From assembly GCA_965645245.1 (NCBI GenBank), contig OZ287077.1, forward strand, positions 496,001 to 560,000: a stretch of DNA of 64,000 nt. The letters are read 5' to 3'. The notes beneath the pieces are model-generated. The model was not told the origin of the DNA. It ran no database searches and saw only the letters and a list, made by a program, of their open reading frames with translations. Positions within the stretch are counted from its first letter, which is position 1; each line of letters starts with the position of its first letter. A program made the position numbers and the translations under genes. Positions 11,585-25,000 of the stretch are shown piece by piece. The stretch is from Massalongia carnosa. Taxonomy: Eukaryota.

Positions 11585-13424
11585 GATGATGATGATGATG
11601 ATGATGATTATTCTTATTCCGATGTGGTACCGGCCGAAGGCCGGCCCATGTGGGCGAGTCTATCTAGTTTTATAGTACATGGAAAACCTTTTGAGGAAGA
11701 AAAACCATGCAATCCTGTGTCCGGCCGAGGACCCTCCGGGTCCCAGCCGTGTGCTCTATGAAAAAACCTTTGACCTAAGACAAGTATGAAAAATGAAACA
11801 AAGCATGCCTACTGTTAGCAGTATAGATGCTGTGCTGTCAGCGAAAATTGTGACAACAAACCTGTCTTCATTAGCCACTTTGTGACTAACTTCATTGCTT
11901 TAGATGACTCAGTGATTAATCGATAGTTGTTTGTAGCTATCGTATTTAGCAGAGTTTTTCTGTTGTCGTTGAGTTTGCAAAACATGATCACATGTTTTGC
12001 AGTCTGTTTGTGCCAGCCACATGAGCAGTTCGGGGACGAGACGTCTGGGACTCAGTGTCTATGTAGGAAGGCGGCTAGGCCTATCTTTTCTGAGCGTATC
12101 TGAATGGCTAGCGCGCTCTCCGCTTTGGCTAGAGTTTCGTGCAATTTGATGCGTTTTTTGGAGAGTGAACCTGATTGTGCCGGGGTGGGAACGGGTGTGC
12201 GTTCCTGATATGATCTCCACGAGGCCTGCCATGCAACTGTGTGTCGTTTTTTTATTTGAGCAGTTATTTTGTTATGAGTGGCGCGTGCCTCCCCTATTTC
12301 TCGGGCGAGATTCGGGGGGGATTCGGCCCATGGTGGATTTGGTGTCGGTGTTGGAGGGTTATGTGCCTCCGATGTGATTCTCTTGGCCCAGGCGTATTTC
12401 AGCGTTCCTGGAGTGATGACTGGGGCCCTCTTGCGTCCTGCCCGACCTCGAAGTTTATTGGCTATTTTGTTGCATGCATTTGTGATGAAACTCTTTTGGC
12501 CATTTCGACACAGGCGTTGTCTGGTCTGGGCCTGTAGTTGATCTAAATGTATGTCAATTGAGGCTATAAATGTCTCTGCTTCTAGTACAGCTATGGGCGT
12601 TGCTTTGAAGGCTCCGGCTATGTTTCTTAGACATTTGTTTTGTATGACAGCCATTTTGTTTGAGATGACGTTTGATTTTTGAATTTCTTTTGGCATGTGC
12701 CAAATGGTGGAGTCGTACGTCATGGCCGGCCGGACTACGGCGGTGTAAGAAGAGTGGCGCCCCATGTGGAGGTGGATATTTTTGTCATTTTTTCCTAGAT
12801 TTTCCTTGTGTGAGCACCCCATTTCAATTTTGAATCGATTTGAAGTCCTAGAATTCTGATGTCTGTCTTTGGTTTTATGATGTTATTTCCTATTTGAATA
12901 ACAGTGAACATGTTGAATTTCTTCGGATTTCTTGACAGATGTATCAATTCGTATTTCTTCGGAGCGAAGACTGTACCATGTCGACTTGCCCATTTTTCAC
13001 ATTTTTTGTGAATTACCTCTAGCGTCTTGCAATTCTCTTCGGTGCTTTTTCCGTATGCTAGCACATTGATGTCATCTACGAAGCCTAGAGCACTCGTGTT
13101 GCTGCCTGGTCTTTCACATATGGCTAGTAGGTCTGCATTGTAGAACAGATAAAGAATAGGAGAAATGGGGGAGCCTTGTGGGATTCCGGTTTTTACATCG
13201 AATATGCCTGTGACTCGGCTGTGAATCCCCAGGGTGGTGCTTCTTTCATTCAGAAAACTGTTCACCCAGTCAGTGATCCATTTTGGGATTTTCCTTTTGC
13301 GAAGATTGTGAATCAGTCTTCGATGTGTCACTGTGTCATAGGCTCCTGCTACGTCCATGCTCAATAATGTGGCTACTTTGTCTGTGCCTTGGCCCCACAC
13401 TGTATGAATTTGTTCAGTCAACAA
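11585..13424 (-). mobile_element. 5'-truncated Tad-like non-LTR retrotransposon (LINE)
   Basis: 14-bp TSD TAAGTATCGTTTAT at 11571-11584 and 13425-13438. (ATC)n 3' tail near 11585-11608. RT and C-terminal CCHC coding remnants inside. Confidence 0.93.
11815..13424 (-). pseudogene. LINE ORF2 remnant: reverse transcriptase plus C-terminal CCHC finger
   Basis: Motifs MDVAGAYDTV, GIPQGSPISPILYLFYNADL, FVDD, LGLQIDSKLKW, YTAVVRPAMTY and CSCG...TAKHVIMFC. Stops at 12795 (TAG) and 12052 (TGA), and a frameshifting deletion near 12750. No RNase H motif seen. Confidence 0.9.
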
Positions 13425-13507
13425 TAAGTATCGTTTATTAGATACTCTTATAAATGCATAATAGTAGGAGATATAAAATCTAATGTCATGCTTTGGCGTC
13501 CGCTAGT

Positions 13508-14130
13508 CAGACATGATATATCAGGATTTTTTTGCTAAATATTGTCTAGTTACCTCATTATCTCATCTCATCGACCACATAGTATTGGCTCAGAAAATAC
13601 TTCACTCATCTCACTAGTCATATGGCAGTTGTGAACGAAACCTTCGTTCATCTTGTCGTCTTCATCGGCTTTAGAATCAGACTCGATCGACCTTGTGAAA
13701 AAAGCGCGTACATAAGACCTTTATCTCATCGCTCTTGTCACGGTTCGACCATGCGTGGTGCGGGCGGCAGGGCCTACAACGAACATAGCAGGATTCCTAG
13801 TTATAGTAGAATAGTGCTTAATCTGCGGACTAAGTATTGTGCCCATTAGTCGGGAAGGCCAGGTGGCACAATGGCGGAAATCTATCTACTATCTCGCTTT
13901 GTCACAGCTCTGACTTGCTGTTTCAAGAAGATTGATATGAATCAGACAATGACTATTTAGGAACTCATTGATGGAGAACTGGGGAGTAGAAATAGAAAAG
14001 AACGGCGAGGACGAGATGAACAGATGAACGAGATAAACGAGATGAACGAGATGAACGAGATGAAGATTTTCTTTTTCATCATATTGAGATAGGTAAGCAA
14101 CAACATAAAAGTCTTGATATGGCAAGTCTA
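13508..14130. mobile_element. Old MITE-like relic with degenerate terminal inverted repeats
   Basis: CAGACATGATATATCAGGATTTTT at 13508 matches the reverse complement of the 14107-14130 end (TAGACTTGCCATATCAAGACTTTT) at 18/24. Subterminal AACGAGATG and CATCTC repeats are in opposite orientation. No TSD. Confidence 0.35.
14010..14062. repeat. 9-bp tandem repeat (AACGAGATG) x about 6
   Basis: gacgagatgaacagatgaacgagataaacgagatgaacgagatgaacgagatgaa. Confidence 0.8.
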
Positions 14131-14621
14131 TACCTCACCCTCAGACGTGTTGCAGAAAAGCTACGTTTAGATTAGTCGGATTTTTAACCCGAAGGGAGCT
14201 TAGCTGTGTACGTTTGAGGTCCTGAGGCAAAAGACCCCATGTCTTTCGATGATCGTTGTCCTCCCGCCGCACCTGCATAGCAGGTTAAAGTTGATTTCAT
14301 CTCAACTTGTTTCCCGATCACGTCTATCCCTGATCATGCGCCATCTGAACTTCCATTGTGACGTGAATTGCTACTGCGTCGAGCCGTCACCACAGATGTA
14401 AGTGGCGAGTAATTTTGCCGGCTTTCGCTCTCGGTTTGTCTCGTGTCTGAGAAGGATATATCCGTGCCATGCAATATGCTTGGCCGGCTCGCACACAACC
14501 GAACCATGGGGTGGCACGGATACTAGTCCCACTGACACAATCGTTACCGTAGCGCAGATTTATCGACTCGAGACTGCTCTCAACGTAGAGAACTTCCAGA
14601 ACATTGTCCCCGTGACCGTAC

Positions 14622-16517
14622 TTGGTCCTGTTGCTGCTACTATCTGCCGTTTCTGCTGCTATCTGCTTCAAATCGAGTCAGAACAGCACAACGCATGGGA
14701 TGTTGCTCAGTCGGATTATTCTTCATGCTTCGGGATTTATACACTACACGCAAGCGGCCTATGTTTCTCGGACTGAGTTTTGGCGGATGCTATGGCAGAC
14801 TGGAGTCTGTGCTGGAGACTGGCTTTACATCGATGGCGGCGAGACATACCTCGCAAGCAACCTCGCGGTACGGGTAATACTGAACCAGACACTCTCAATT
14901 GACCTCTCGAAATCATGGACCACGTCTTCGGTCACGCTCAACACCATTGAAAAGCCAGCGAGCTATGCCACAATCAGGCGGCCCAGTTTGTGGTTGTATT
15001 CGGCATCAGATGAAATTTTCTCCTTTGGCGGAGGCTCATGATGTAGGAGCGGAGCTGTCAGTCTGGGCACTATCACCCGATGGCCGAGGAGGTGGTACGT
15101 GGACCGAAAAAATTCCTCCGATTAGTAACATATTCACCGCACTCACTCGCCCCACCTACGGTCTGGATACCTTCAGCTCCTCAAAAGGATATATCCTTGG
15201 GGGGATTGCTACGGCGAAGACGAGTCCACAAACGGCGTTTCTGAATAGCTCACTCTTGCCAATTTCCGGCATGACGGTTTCAGCTTTGAGGAACAAAGCT
15301 GGACAAACATTAGTACCTCCGGTTACTCTCAAAACGGATTGGGGGTTTACGGAGCCGCTCACTTTGTTGCATCTTTTGGCAAAGAAGGAGTCCTTGTCTT
15401 CATTGGCGGAGATGCTCCTATCACTCAGTCATACCTTATGGGCTATTCGCTAAGGTCTATGGATGAAATCACAGGTTTTGATGTCTACGACCAGAAATGG
15501 TATCACCAGACAGCTACCGGTGACGTTCCAGCTTCTCGTGTAAGCTTTTGCATCAGTGGTGCTCAGGAAACCGAGACCGGCCTTTACGAGATCTTTGTGT
15601 TTGGAGGCACAACTGGATACGACTTTGGCTTGTCTAACGTGGATTCCCATCAGGTCTATATCCTCACTCTTCCAGCCTTCCGATGGATCCGTGCGGCAAA
15701 CTCCTCCACAGCATCTCGCGCTGCTCAGCATTGTTTAGCCATTGGTAATCGACACATGCTCAGCATAGGCGGGTACGATCCTACTGTTCCCAACAGATCC
15801 GCGGTCGTTGATCCTTGGCCATATGGACTAGGTATTTTTGACATGACTGCCCTTCAATGGGCAGATAAGTATGATGCTGCAGCAATGCCATATGTCCAAT
15901 CAGATCAAGTCAAAACCTACTATAGCGAGGGCTCTAAATACCCCAGCTCCTGGAATGACCCTTCGCTTAAAGCAATCTTTACGAACTCCACAAACACTTC
16001 CGCCACAACTCCTAAAATAGGGGCCCAAACTAAGCATGCTGCGCACCAAAGCTCTGCTAAGGTAATCGCAGGCGGTGTTGTCGGCGGCATAGGTGGATTG
16101 ACGGTCTTACTCGTCGCAGCATGGCTATGCTTTAAACGGAAGTATACACGGAAGACTGCACCTCACCATATCGACAAGCAGAATACCACAGCGCAGCTCA
16201 ACAACGCAACCACGTATGGAATAAAGCCGGAGCTTGCGGTGACAACACCAGCTAGACCCATGGCTCTTCCGTATGGGATAAAGCCAGAGCTGGCAACCAT
16301 AACACCAGCTGGACTCAGGTCTCTTCCGTATGGAGTAAAGCCAGAGCTGGCAGCGACAACTCCAGCTGGACTCAGGTCTCTTTCCAACGTTGAGGAAGAT
16401 TTGACTCTATCGCAGCCCTAGATTCTGGATTCGGAAGCACGACGACAGCTGCATGAGCTGGATTTTAGTAGGCAAGCCAATGTACGGATCGGGCTACCAG
16501 GGAGCTTCAGCAGGTGA
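14622..16517 (+). pseudogene. Kelch/beta-propeller single-pass membrane protein, frameshifted
   Basis: Motifs GDWLYIDGGE, TLSIDLSKSW, GVLVFIGG, WYHQTATGDVP, EIFVFGG, VYILTLPAFRW and LGIFDMTALQW, then TM IAGGVVGGIGGLTVLLVAAWLCFKRK. Frames switch near 15038 and 15280 with no intron signals. TAG at 16419 is followed in frame by ...QLHELD... to TGA 16517. The 5' start is unclear. Confidence 0.75.
16215..16385 (+). repeat. 3 x 57-bp coding tandem repeat (YG[IV]KPELAxxTPAxxxxL[PS])
   Basis: Units start at 16215, 16272 and 16329. Confidence 0.92.
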
Positions 16518-19500
16518 CGATCATAAATTTAGAACGAAGCTTAATATTTTCTAACCTTGATCTTTCCGTCGATATTCCTCGTTCTTCATCAATCGGCTCA
16601 ACACCCTTTTCCATTTACTCGTAGAGCTCTGCCGTGCCTGCGGCCGCGGGTAGTAGAGGTCATTTCGGTTATTTTGTTGTCAGCGAGTTTGTAGCCGCGT
16701 CATTTTTGACAGCCCCCACTAGGTAGATATTGGCAAGTCCATAATACATCTAAATTAAACATATTGATGAATCGGGTGGGCGTAGGCACCACGTGTATGC
16801 TTATTGTCAAAACGAAGTCTAGATCTAATCTCAAGTGAGAGGCTTCTTAGTGAAGGCAGCAGGGTCAAGTCATATTCTTTTAAGTTGATATGTGCAAATA
16901 TGGCCGAGCTCAAAGGAGCCTGAAGTAGATCCACGGAACCTGTTCAGGCCCTGCTCAGACTCTGCTTAGGGAGGCTCAGAGGCTGCTCAGGCGAGCTCAC
17001 CCTCGACTCGGCTTGTAGTAGCTCCGGCTCCTGGTTTTAGACGGAAATGGGTTTCGATAAGAGTTTTTGGTATAAAGTTTTACAGTTAGATCAATATCTT
17101 TAACAGCATTATATGAATTTTGTCATCTTCTATCAACTTAGTTAACCACCAGTGAAACAAAACGGGGCACATCACCTAGACAAGAAATCCGAGATTCGAC
17201 TTAGCAAACATATTCCAAAACTCCCCTGTCGATTTAACCTCCACGGTCCCGATCGTGATACCCGCTCGTTGTTGATTCATACTGTCTTGGCGTTATTTGC
17301 TTTTGCCACTATACCGAGGTTAATTGTCTTACCCGATATGACTTCACCTTACAATTGCATGGAACATTTCTATGAGAATCTATAATTCCGCTATTATCGC
17401 ACGACAAGGTCCCTGCGACGAATGCGATGGAAGTTTCTCAAAGACTTCATGACAGTCATATTCGGTGTATATATTTGGGCAAATAATCCCACCTCTTTCT
17501 TTCTTAGATAGTTCAGTTAGTTAAGTTCAATTTAGTTATAGAGCTTCAAGCGCAGCATATCAGCCTTTTGATTGATTCAGTGCAGCTCCCTCAGCCCTTT
17601 TTATTTCAACACTCGTGTAGTAGCTACAGACGCACAGGCTATCCTGTATCCGTTTCTGTTTTGTAGCGTAATGCTGAGGATGCCATCGTGCAGGAAAACG
17701 GGCATCGAGCCGCTAATAACTAAGTTAGTGCTCATCTCGATGCTTAGATCACGATCAGCAGCTCGGGCGTTGAGACAGGCTTCTGGAACGCGCAATTGCG
17801 GCGACGGTTAGGTCGATATTCTTGTTATCAAACATCTCTCTTGCTTCGTCGTTGTGTGTGTGGTTTTGATTTATTAATGGATTTTATCATTCGGATGATT
17901 ATCTAGTTGTTTATCTCTTTCTCTATGGTTACTTTTTTTTTTTTGGGATATTCAACCTCCTATTTTTCCATTTCTTAATTAGAAATTGCAAATCTCCTTG
18001 CAAGTTTCTCACTCCAACTGAAGACGAAAGAGAAAAGGAGAAAAAAAAATTTAGGAATCATACCAGCATAGACCACTCATTTTCTTCTTCTTCTTCTCCT
18101 CCAAACCTCCTACCCAAACTCCATCCAGAGCTTTCTCAACCTTTAACTTCTGCAATATTTCTCAATCTCCCCGAGAAAATTGCTTTCCTTCCCCCAATTT
18201 GGTACTCTCGTTTCTTACCAGATCCCATCGCATACCTGGCTCGGTTCCACAACCCAAATATCCGCGGACGGAGCAGACAGCTGTTACCCCAAGCTATGTA
18301 AAGTATGATAATCTTACGAGGGGGGGTGAGGAAGAGTGAAGAAGTAGAATTGCGGGAAACCCGCTGTCGATCGTATATCGTTTCCTCCTCCTTTCCTTAA
18401 GCCGGGAGGTTTCTAGATCGTGGATGAAAATCTTAAGCTGGGGGCAACCGAGATAAAATGACAATGGCAGAGTTAGTCCATAAGAAAATTCAAAGAGTTT
18501 AAAGAAGAAGCCAAAAACGGGATAAACTCATGTAGGAAAGGATCAATAATCCTATCGTACATGCTTTCACCCCTCCCCTACCAGCAAGCACCCTTCATTC
18601 CTTCCACCTACCTACCTATCTACCCACTCACCGCATCCCAAACGCCCCCCCTCATAAAAACACACCTAAAACTCGACAACAACATCGCCTCCCTGGTCCC
18701 AGCCAACCAACCCGCCGATTTCCAACTCCACTTCAAGCAAGGCTCTCTCTGCCATCCGGCTAGACAAATTACCGTATGTACGTACGTACGTATGTAGCCA
18801 ATTCCCCAAACCTGTGGGGAGAAACCCTCACGGAGAGATAGCGATGGTTTGATATTGGGACGAAAGCAAGAAAGTTAGGACTGCAGCAATGAAGATAGGT
18901 TTGCAAGAATAGCAAGATCTGGCCGAAAGCTACAATTCTTCGAAGACGTTGTACGTGGCCTCGAGTCTACTCAAGCGTCGTACGTTAGGCTTCTTGAAAC
19001 CAGAGAGTAAACCAGTAAGCCATGAGCCCATAAGCTATAGTCCTCCCTTCATCGTAACTTCCACCTACCCACATATTCCAGACAAAGCACCAGAAAAAAA
19101 ACGAGACCCAGCACCGAAACTGGCAAAGTGACAATGGGCAAACGAAAAAATCGCGTAGGTAACGATTCAAACGAATCTAACGTTGATGCTCACATCTCGA
19201 GGCACTTCATTCTTCTTCTCCCTTCGTCATACTCCATAAGAGAATCTCATTATTACGTAATTGCAGCTCCAACACACTAGAAAAACTAAGCTATGTTAGC
19301 TATATGCCTTCTGCGGAGAAATCTGCGTTAGCAACACTGTTCAAACGCCAGGTCTTAAACAGAGTTTCAACAACTTTATTGCATCTTGAAGAGTTGGCGT
19401 CTGTAAACTGAAGCGCGAGGTCGTCCGCGCTGTACAGGCATGATTAACTCTTGTCAGCGTGAGATATTGGTCTTGAAAGTAATTTCATTTAATATTCCTC

Positions 19501-22099
19501 CGGGCTACGGAGAAGCTGTTCATTTTGCAGTAGGCCCTAAAGATCTTCTTCTCAGGCCCATGGACTGCCTGGACAAGAAAGAAAGCAAAATTGAGTTGAA
19601 GGGTTGGGTCATTGCCTTTGTGATGATGAAGGGAGTTGCTGGAGCCATCAAAGTCTCTCCATAAGACGCTTAGTGCGTTGCATAGTGAGAACAATATACT
19701 GCAACTCTAGCATCGACCAAACTAGTATGCTGCAGCATGCGTATCATAAGTATAAATTAAAGCGTGGGGAGACCATGCCAAAAAAACTTGTTTGTTGAGT
19801 GTGTACTTTGTGTCTGTAGTTGACGATTTCCATCATCCCCACGGGAAGTTTTCTGAATGCTACGTCTTTCTCTTGAAAAGAATGCATCATACAGAAACCA
19901 CACGCACATAACCTCCGCTGATTATATCAATCATAACATTCCCACGTACTATAGGTTGACCAAATAACTTGTAGTATTTGAGAATGGCATCTTCAGCATC
20001 TTCGCCCTAGCTAGAAATGCTCCTGCCTCATTCGAGTTTTCCTTACCTCATCATTAGTCTCGGGACTCTTGTCGCTTTTCCCTGAAGCTAGCCAACAAGC
20101 AGTTTGAGGCATGTAGAGCGCTTCAGTTTTTCAGCCAAAGCAGGATTTAGCTCCGACCTCTAACTTGCTGTTCGAGTAAGGTATATCTCTAGTGCCTATT
20201 GGCGTCGCCCACCTTGAGATCTTACCTCGTGCCAGAGTGATCCCTCTTTCCAGCTTGTCTAGGCCTGATGCATTCTATATCATAGTGACGCATATAGACG
20301 TGGGCAATACACCCACCTTGGTGGACGGTGATTGGCCATGAGTAGATAGATGGTTGAAGAGAAGAATAGCTCTCGACTATAAAGAAAAAAGTATCTGCCA
20401 AAAGCAACGCGGGCTCAAAATCTCACATGTCGCTCAACTCGCTGCGAGATGTCCACATATTTGAGGGTGCAGAACCGGAGCTAGTTTCTGGAGAGCCTGG
20501 TAAGAGGAAAGAGGAAGGTTAAAGACGCATCTTGGTTAAGCTTCACCGATGGTATCTATCGAACTAGGTTTCCTGATTTTGCATTAACGCGGCAATCGCT
20601 ACCAATGACACGAGAGAGAACGCGTACAGCACACAGAGAACTAGATCAAGGATATATGCATAAGAACAAGGACATAATGTTCTAAACAGCCCCCCAGATT
20701 TGGGTTTGAGGGTCTATCAAACTCGGGAAGCACCATATCCTCGCATTCTAAGGAACCCAGACCAAGTCATCGCATATAATCTAGTCTGGGGAGGTTGTAT
20801 AGAGTAGATGATAGCCCATTTCTCATAGCTGTGTAAAAAGTCGTCGTGGACTGTCGTGTGGGACAATCAAAGGTCTGCTTCTCGTTCCTCTAGAGAAAAG
20901 GCTAACTTACTCTAGACATGGAGAAAACCATATCCATCGCTGCCTGAAGTCTCACAATCGGTACCAGAACTCTTAGTCAAGCTGCAAGTCGGCTTCCCGT
21001 TCCCGTCGGGCATTACGTCAAGATCGTACGCGCGTCCAGTTCCTGCATGACGATGAAGTTAGTTTTTTCTCCCTCGTCATTCTCACCGCCGGACGAAGGT
21101 GGTTGGAATGCCATAGGTAGCTAACCCTGATCATTCGGATTCTGTGACGAATCGCGATGTAGAACGAGAGTGGTTTTGCCTTTAGCAGGTGATTGGCCAT
21201 GATTTGTGAGGGATTCCTTCCAGTACTCCGTAATCTATACCTGGTTTGGTAACTAGTGAACCCTATCTTTCGTTGTTACGGTTGCCATGTAACGATTCAG
21301 AGCGTTCCCTACGATTCAGCATTACAAGGCCCTGGGAAATGGGGATCGTCGGAGGGACTCGCTCCTGAGGCTCATTCGATCAGGGACTGGGTGCTTAATT
21401 AAAGGATTTTGGCGGGCCTCTCCCTATGGTTGGACACCCTAGGGCTCGAATCGGACGGGGCGGGGCGCAGTCTTACTGCTATTGGCTTAGGGGAGGGAAA
21501 ACGCCGTCTCTTTAAATTACGCTGTACTTTAAGGCTAGGGCGATAAGGGGAAAGAGAAGTCCGTGCCTTAGAAGCCCTATTCTATTCCATTCTTTCTAGG
21601 TGAAGGCGCAGGACCCAATCTCACTCAGCTCATTCATCCACTTTCGTATTCATAACCCTAACACTCTTTTGTGTCCCGAAGCGTTGTGGCTAGCTTTAAA
21701 TACAGAGTAGGTATTCAAAGGCTACTGCCGTTTTCCCACAGACAACGAGTCTAGTGGTGGTCCAACTTAACTACTTCCTATCGAACTAATCTACGAAAAC
21801 GAAAGGGACTAGAAAGTAAAAGTAAGGACCTAATCCCACAGATTTTTCCAACGACGCGATCAATCATAGGAGGACGCCTATCGGAAAGTGAAGGAAATTA
21901 TGCCCTGGTCGAATCTGGCGTATCTGCAATGCGAAGCGTCTTAACATGTTTCAACCGACGCTGCGGCTGACTCTTTTGGAGACGACGCGTGTCATCCGCA
22001 TTCCACAGGTTGGGCTGTGAAGTCCATCTAACATATTAATAGTTGGGCGATCATTTAATGTGTCTATGTGTTCGACTCGACTGTTGCTCAAGTACAACC

Positions 22100-25000
22100 A
22101 TGGATTCTTTGTTACCCTCAAGACCGGAGCGTACCTGCGTAACACTAATGGCTCACGTCCTTAATCGGCCTATCGCATGGCAGCTTTTCGGTGGTTTTTT
22201 GGTAATCGGTACTGGCGGTGCCGATGTTGCGCTCTTGATACTGAACAGGGTGGTACTCACAAGTAAGTGGTTACCGCCCCGAGTTTTGCAAGATTCCATC
22301 GGAACAAGTTTTTATTAACGATTCAACCTGAACACAGCTGGCGTATTCAAGTGAGGGCATCTTTTCGGCTCGAGAATTCTGGCATAGGACACAACATTAA
22401 CTACGTCTTCTCAGGTTTCCATATCCGGTAACAGTCTCATTGGCGCAGGTCCTGATCACCTCGTTATTCCTGGCAGGAACAGCACGCCTGACTCGTAAAT
22501 GTTTGCTCTACTTTTCCTCTGCAGCATGGCTTGCGCAATCGTTGAGTTCCGAGGAAAACGAACCGTTGAGCATGGTCGTCGATGCTGAGCCAACGGACCG
22601 TAAGCGCCTTTGGCGAAGTTCATCCACCCAGTGTGATAACCCTAAGGTATTTCAGATAGGTTCACTCGGCTGGAAGGTCGGTAGAGAAGTGTTCCTTCTG
22701 GCGGTGGTGTATCTTCTGAAAGTGGTCCTCGATAATATTCTCATCACGTAGGTGCCTATCTTAGACTGCAGACGAGTACGACTAATTCGCAGCGAGCTGT
22801 AGCCGCACACAACTGCCAAGTTATATTCTTTTCCGAATTGGCGTCATTCCCTTGTCATTCATACTGACCCCTTTCTTGAATGGCGCTTCACATTCGATGT
22901 TGGCAGTACTGTCAGCTCTATTAGCAAGTTTATGTGTATTTTGGGTCACGCTTCCCGCAACTAATCGGAGAGACCTTGGGAGCGCTTGGTTGGGCGTTGT
23001 TTCGTCCGTTTTTGTTGCCTTGTTTCCTGTTCTACTGCTCAGGGCATATCATGCGCTATACAACTCTTCTGCGTTTCAAACACATCGGCCCGATGATCGG
23101 GAGATTGAGTCCGAGAAGATACCGCATTTTGGGCGTACCCAAGAAAGTATGCACGTTTTCTGGTCGACTCTTCGCCTTGCAACCACAGTCTCTACAGCTT
23201 TGATGGTTCTTGTTTTTATATTCTCTGGGGAGGTACAAGATATGTCCCGTAACTCTTACGTGCTGGACGCAAAGATTGTCTGGTTGCTTGTTATATGTAC
23301 CGGCATTTTGGCTGCAGTGACTCTCATCTTGACGTTATTGCTGGTCGTAGTTGCATCACCAGTCATAGCAGCCTTTTTGCTAGTGCCGGAAGGTAGTCTT
23401 GAAATCTTGGTCCTAGCTCATCACAGCTTGACCCTCCATAGCTGGATGGGCTTGGTAGCGTGTTGGTTATCCAGCTTATATTTCTTGTTCAAAAGAGGGA
23501 AGGAAGGCTTAAGCAATGCAACGAGCTGGGGGCAGAATCTCTCAGCCGTCTTGTTGAAATTCATCTTACCTCTGGCGCTCTATGTGGGCATAAGCTATAC
23601 AACTTACACCTCTAAGGGAAGATTGCCGACTCAACATGTCTCATCCTTTGGAGGCGGCAAGCATAATGCCTATAAAAGCGAGCATGTTGCTTGGTTCAAT
23701 CAAACGGGGAGCCTGTACGTTCCCAAAGATGACTATCTTGGTCCTCGACCTCACGCCGATACAGTGGCCAACCTTTCGATGCTTGTGGAACATTGTAGGG
23801 AACCTGCTGGTGGACGGGAAGTTGACGATACGGTGAATTGCTTATCATATCTCGCAAATAATGAGCAAAACTATCTCTGGTTACCTGAAGCTGGCCACGG
23901 GTCACAAGCAAGCGAGCAGGATCAAGAATATGCCAACCCAGACACTCGCAACAAAACCCAGATACAGTATTTATCCTCACCAGCCGCAACGGCCGCATCA
24001 GCCTTGTCTGTTGGTAACTGCGCTGGACCGATAATTCCTTTTCATGTGTACTGGACCGGATCCGCAACTTGGAGGTTCGAGCTTTTTGCCAAAGCCTATC
24101 TGTATACCCAGAATCTTCCCTGCTCAAGGCTCTGGATATGGCTAGATTGCGATGTCCACCCAGACTCTGTGAACGAGATGCTATACGAGGATCCAATCTT
24201 TGAGCGCTTCCGACCGCTAGTTGAGCGTGGCGATATAATCTTAAAGGCTTGGAAATTTCCTGATCGTGTACCAATCCCCAAAGAAGACGAGGATACCATT
24301 GAAAGGGATTCCTACACGCCTATCGTCCCTAACGAAGATGACGAGATACGTATCTCTAAAGACACCGTCCAAGATAATAATGGGCAGCGGTGGCTATTGC
24401 TCGATCCTACTCATGTAGCCTTTTCACCTGTCGTGGTTTCAGATGCCGTACGGTTCATCGTCTTGCACATGTATGGCGGCGTTTATTGTGACATGGATGT
24501 GTTGCTACTACGCGACATGAGGCCTCTAGTATTACCAGATTCTGCCTCTAGGCAACGCGCCTTCGCAGAACAATGGGCAATGCGAAGCTACCCAGGAAAC
24601 TACAACACAGCTGTGCTTACACTCCCTGCAAATTCTTCATTGTCCCTCTATCTCCTACGCGGAGGGTTGCGTATGGGCTTCAACTTCCACCCCAGAGCAA
24701 TTGGTCACATGATGTGGAGAGATGGACGGGTCAAAGAACTGACGATGCTTCATAATGCGAATTTCGATCCTGTAGTCACGAACTTGCGCCGTGTCGGCAC
24801 CAGCGCTTGTACAGTACCCTGTTTTAAAAACTGGAAGTCGGTGTTCATGAGTGAAATCGAAGAAGCCCCGAAAGAATGGTCTGATTTTGAACCAAAATCT
24901 TTACAAGGCGCCGATGTGCAGGGCCCGGACCGAAGTGTGGAAATCGAGAGTGCGCGGGCATCTCCAATGAATAGGTCCCTAGAAAACTTTTTTCAGGGTG

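Noticed and set aside
11620..11760. HDV-like ribozyme in the LINE
   Set aside because: I could not build the nested double pseudoknot, and such ribozymes usually lie at retrotransposon 5' ends.
16900..17035. GCTCAG/GAGCC-rich patch resembling hAT subterminal repeats
   Set aside because: No matching opposite end or TSD was found.
20500..21230. Exon-like minus-strand segments (GTGRAYDLDVMPDGNGKPTC...) with plausible introns
   Set aside because: Multiple stops, no clear start and no recognisable family; at best an unidentifiable relic.
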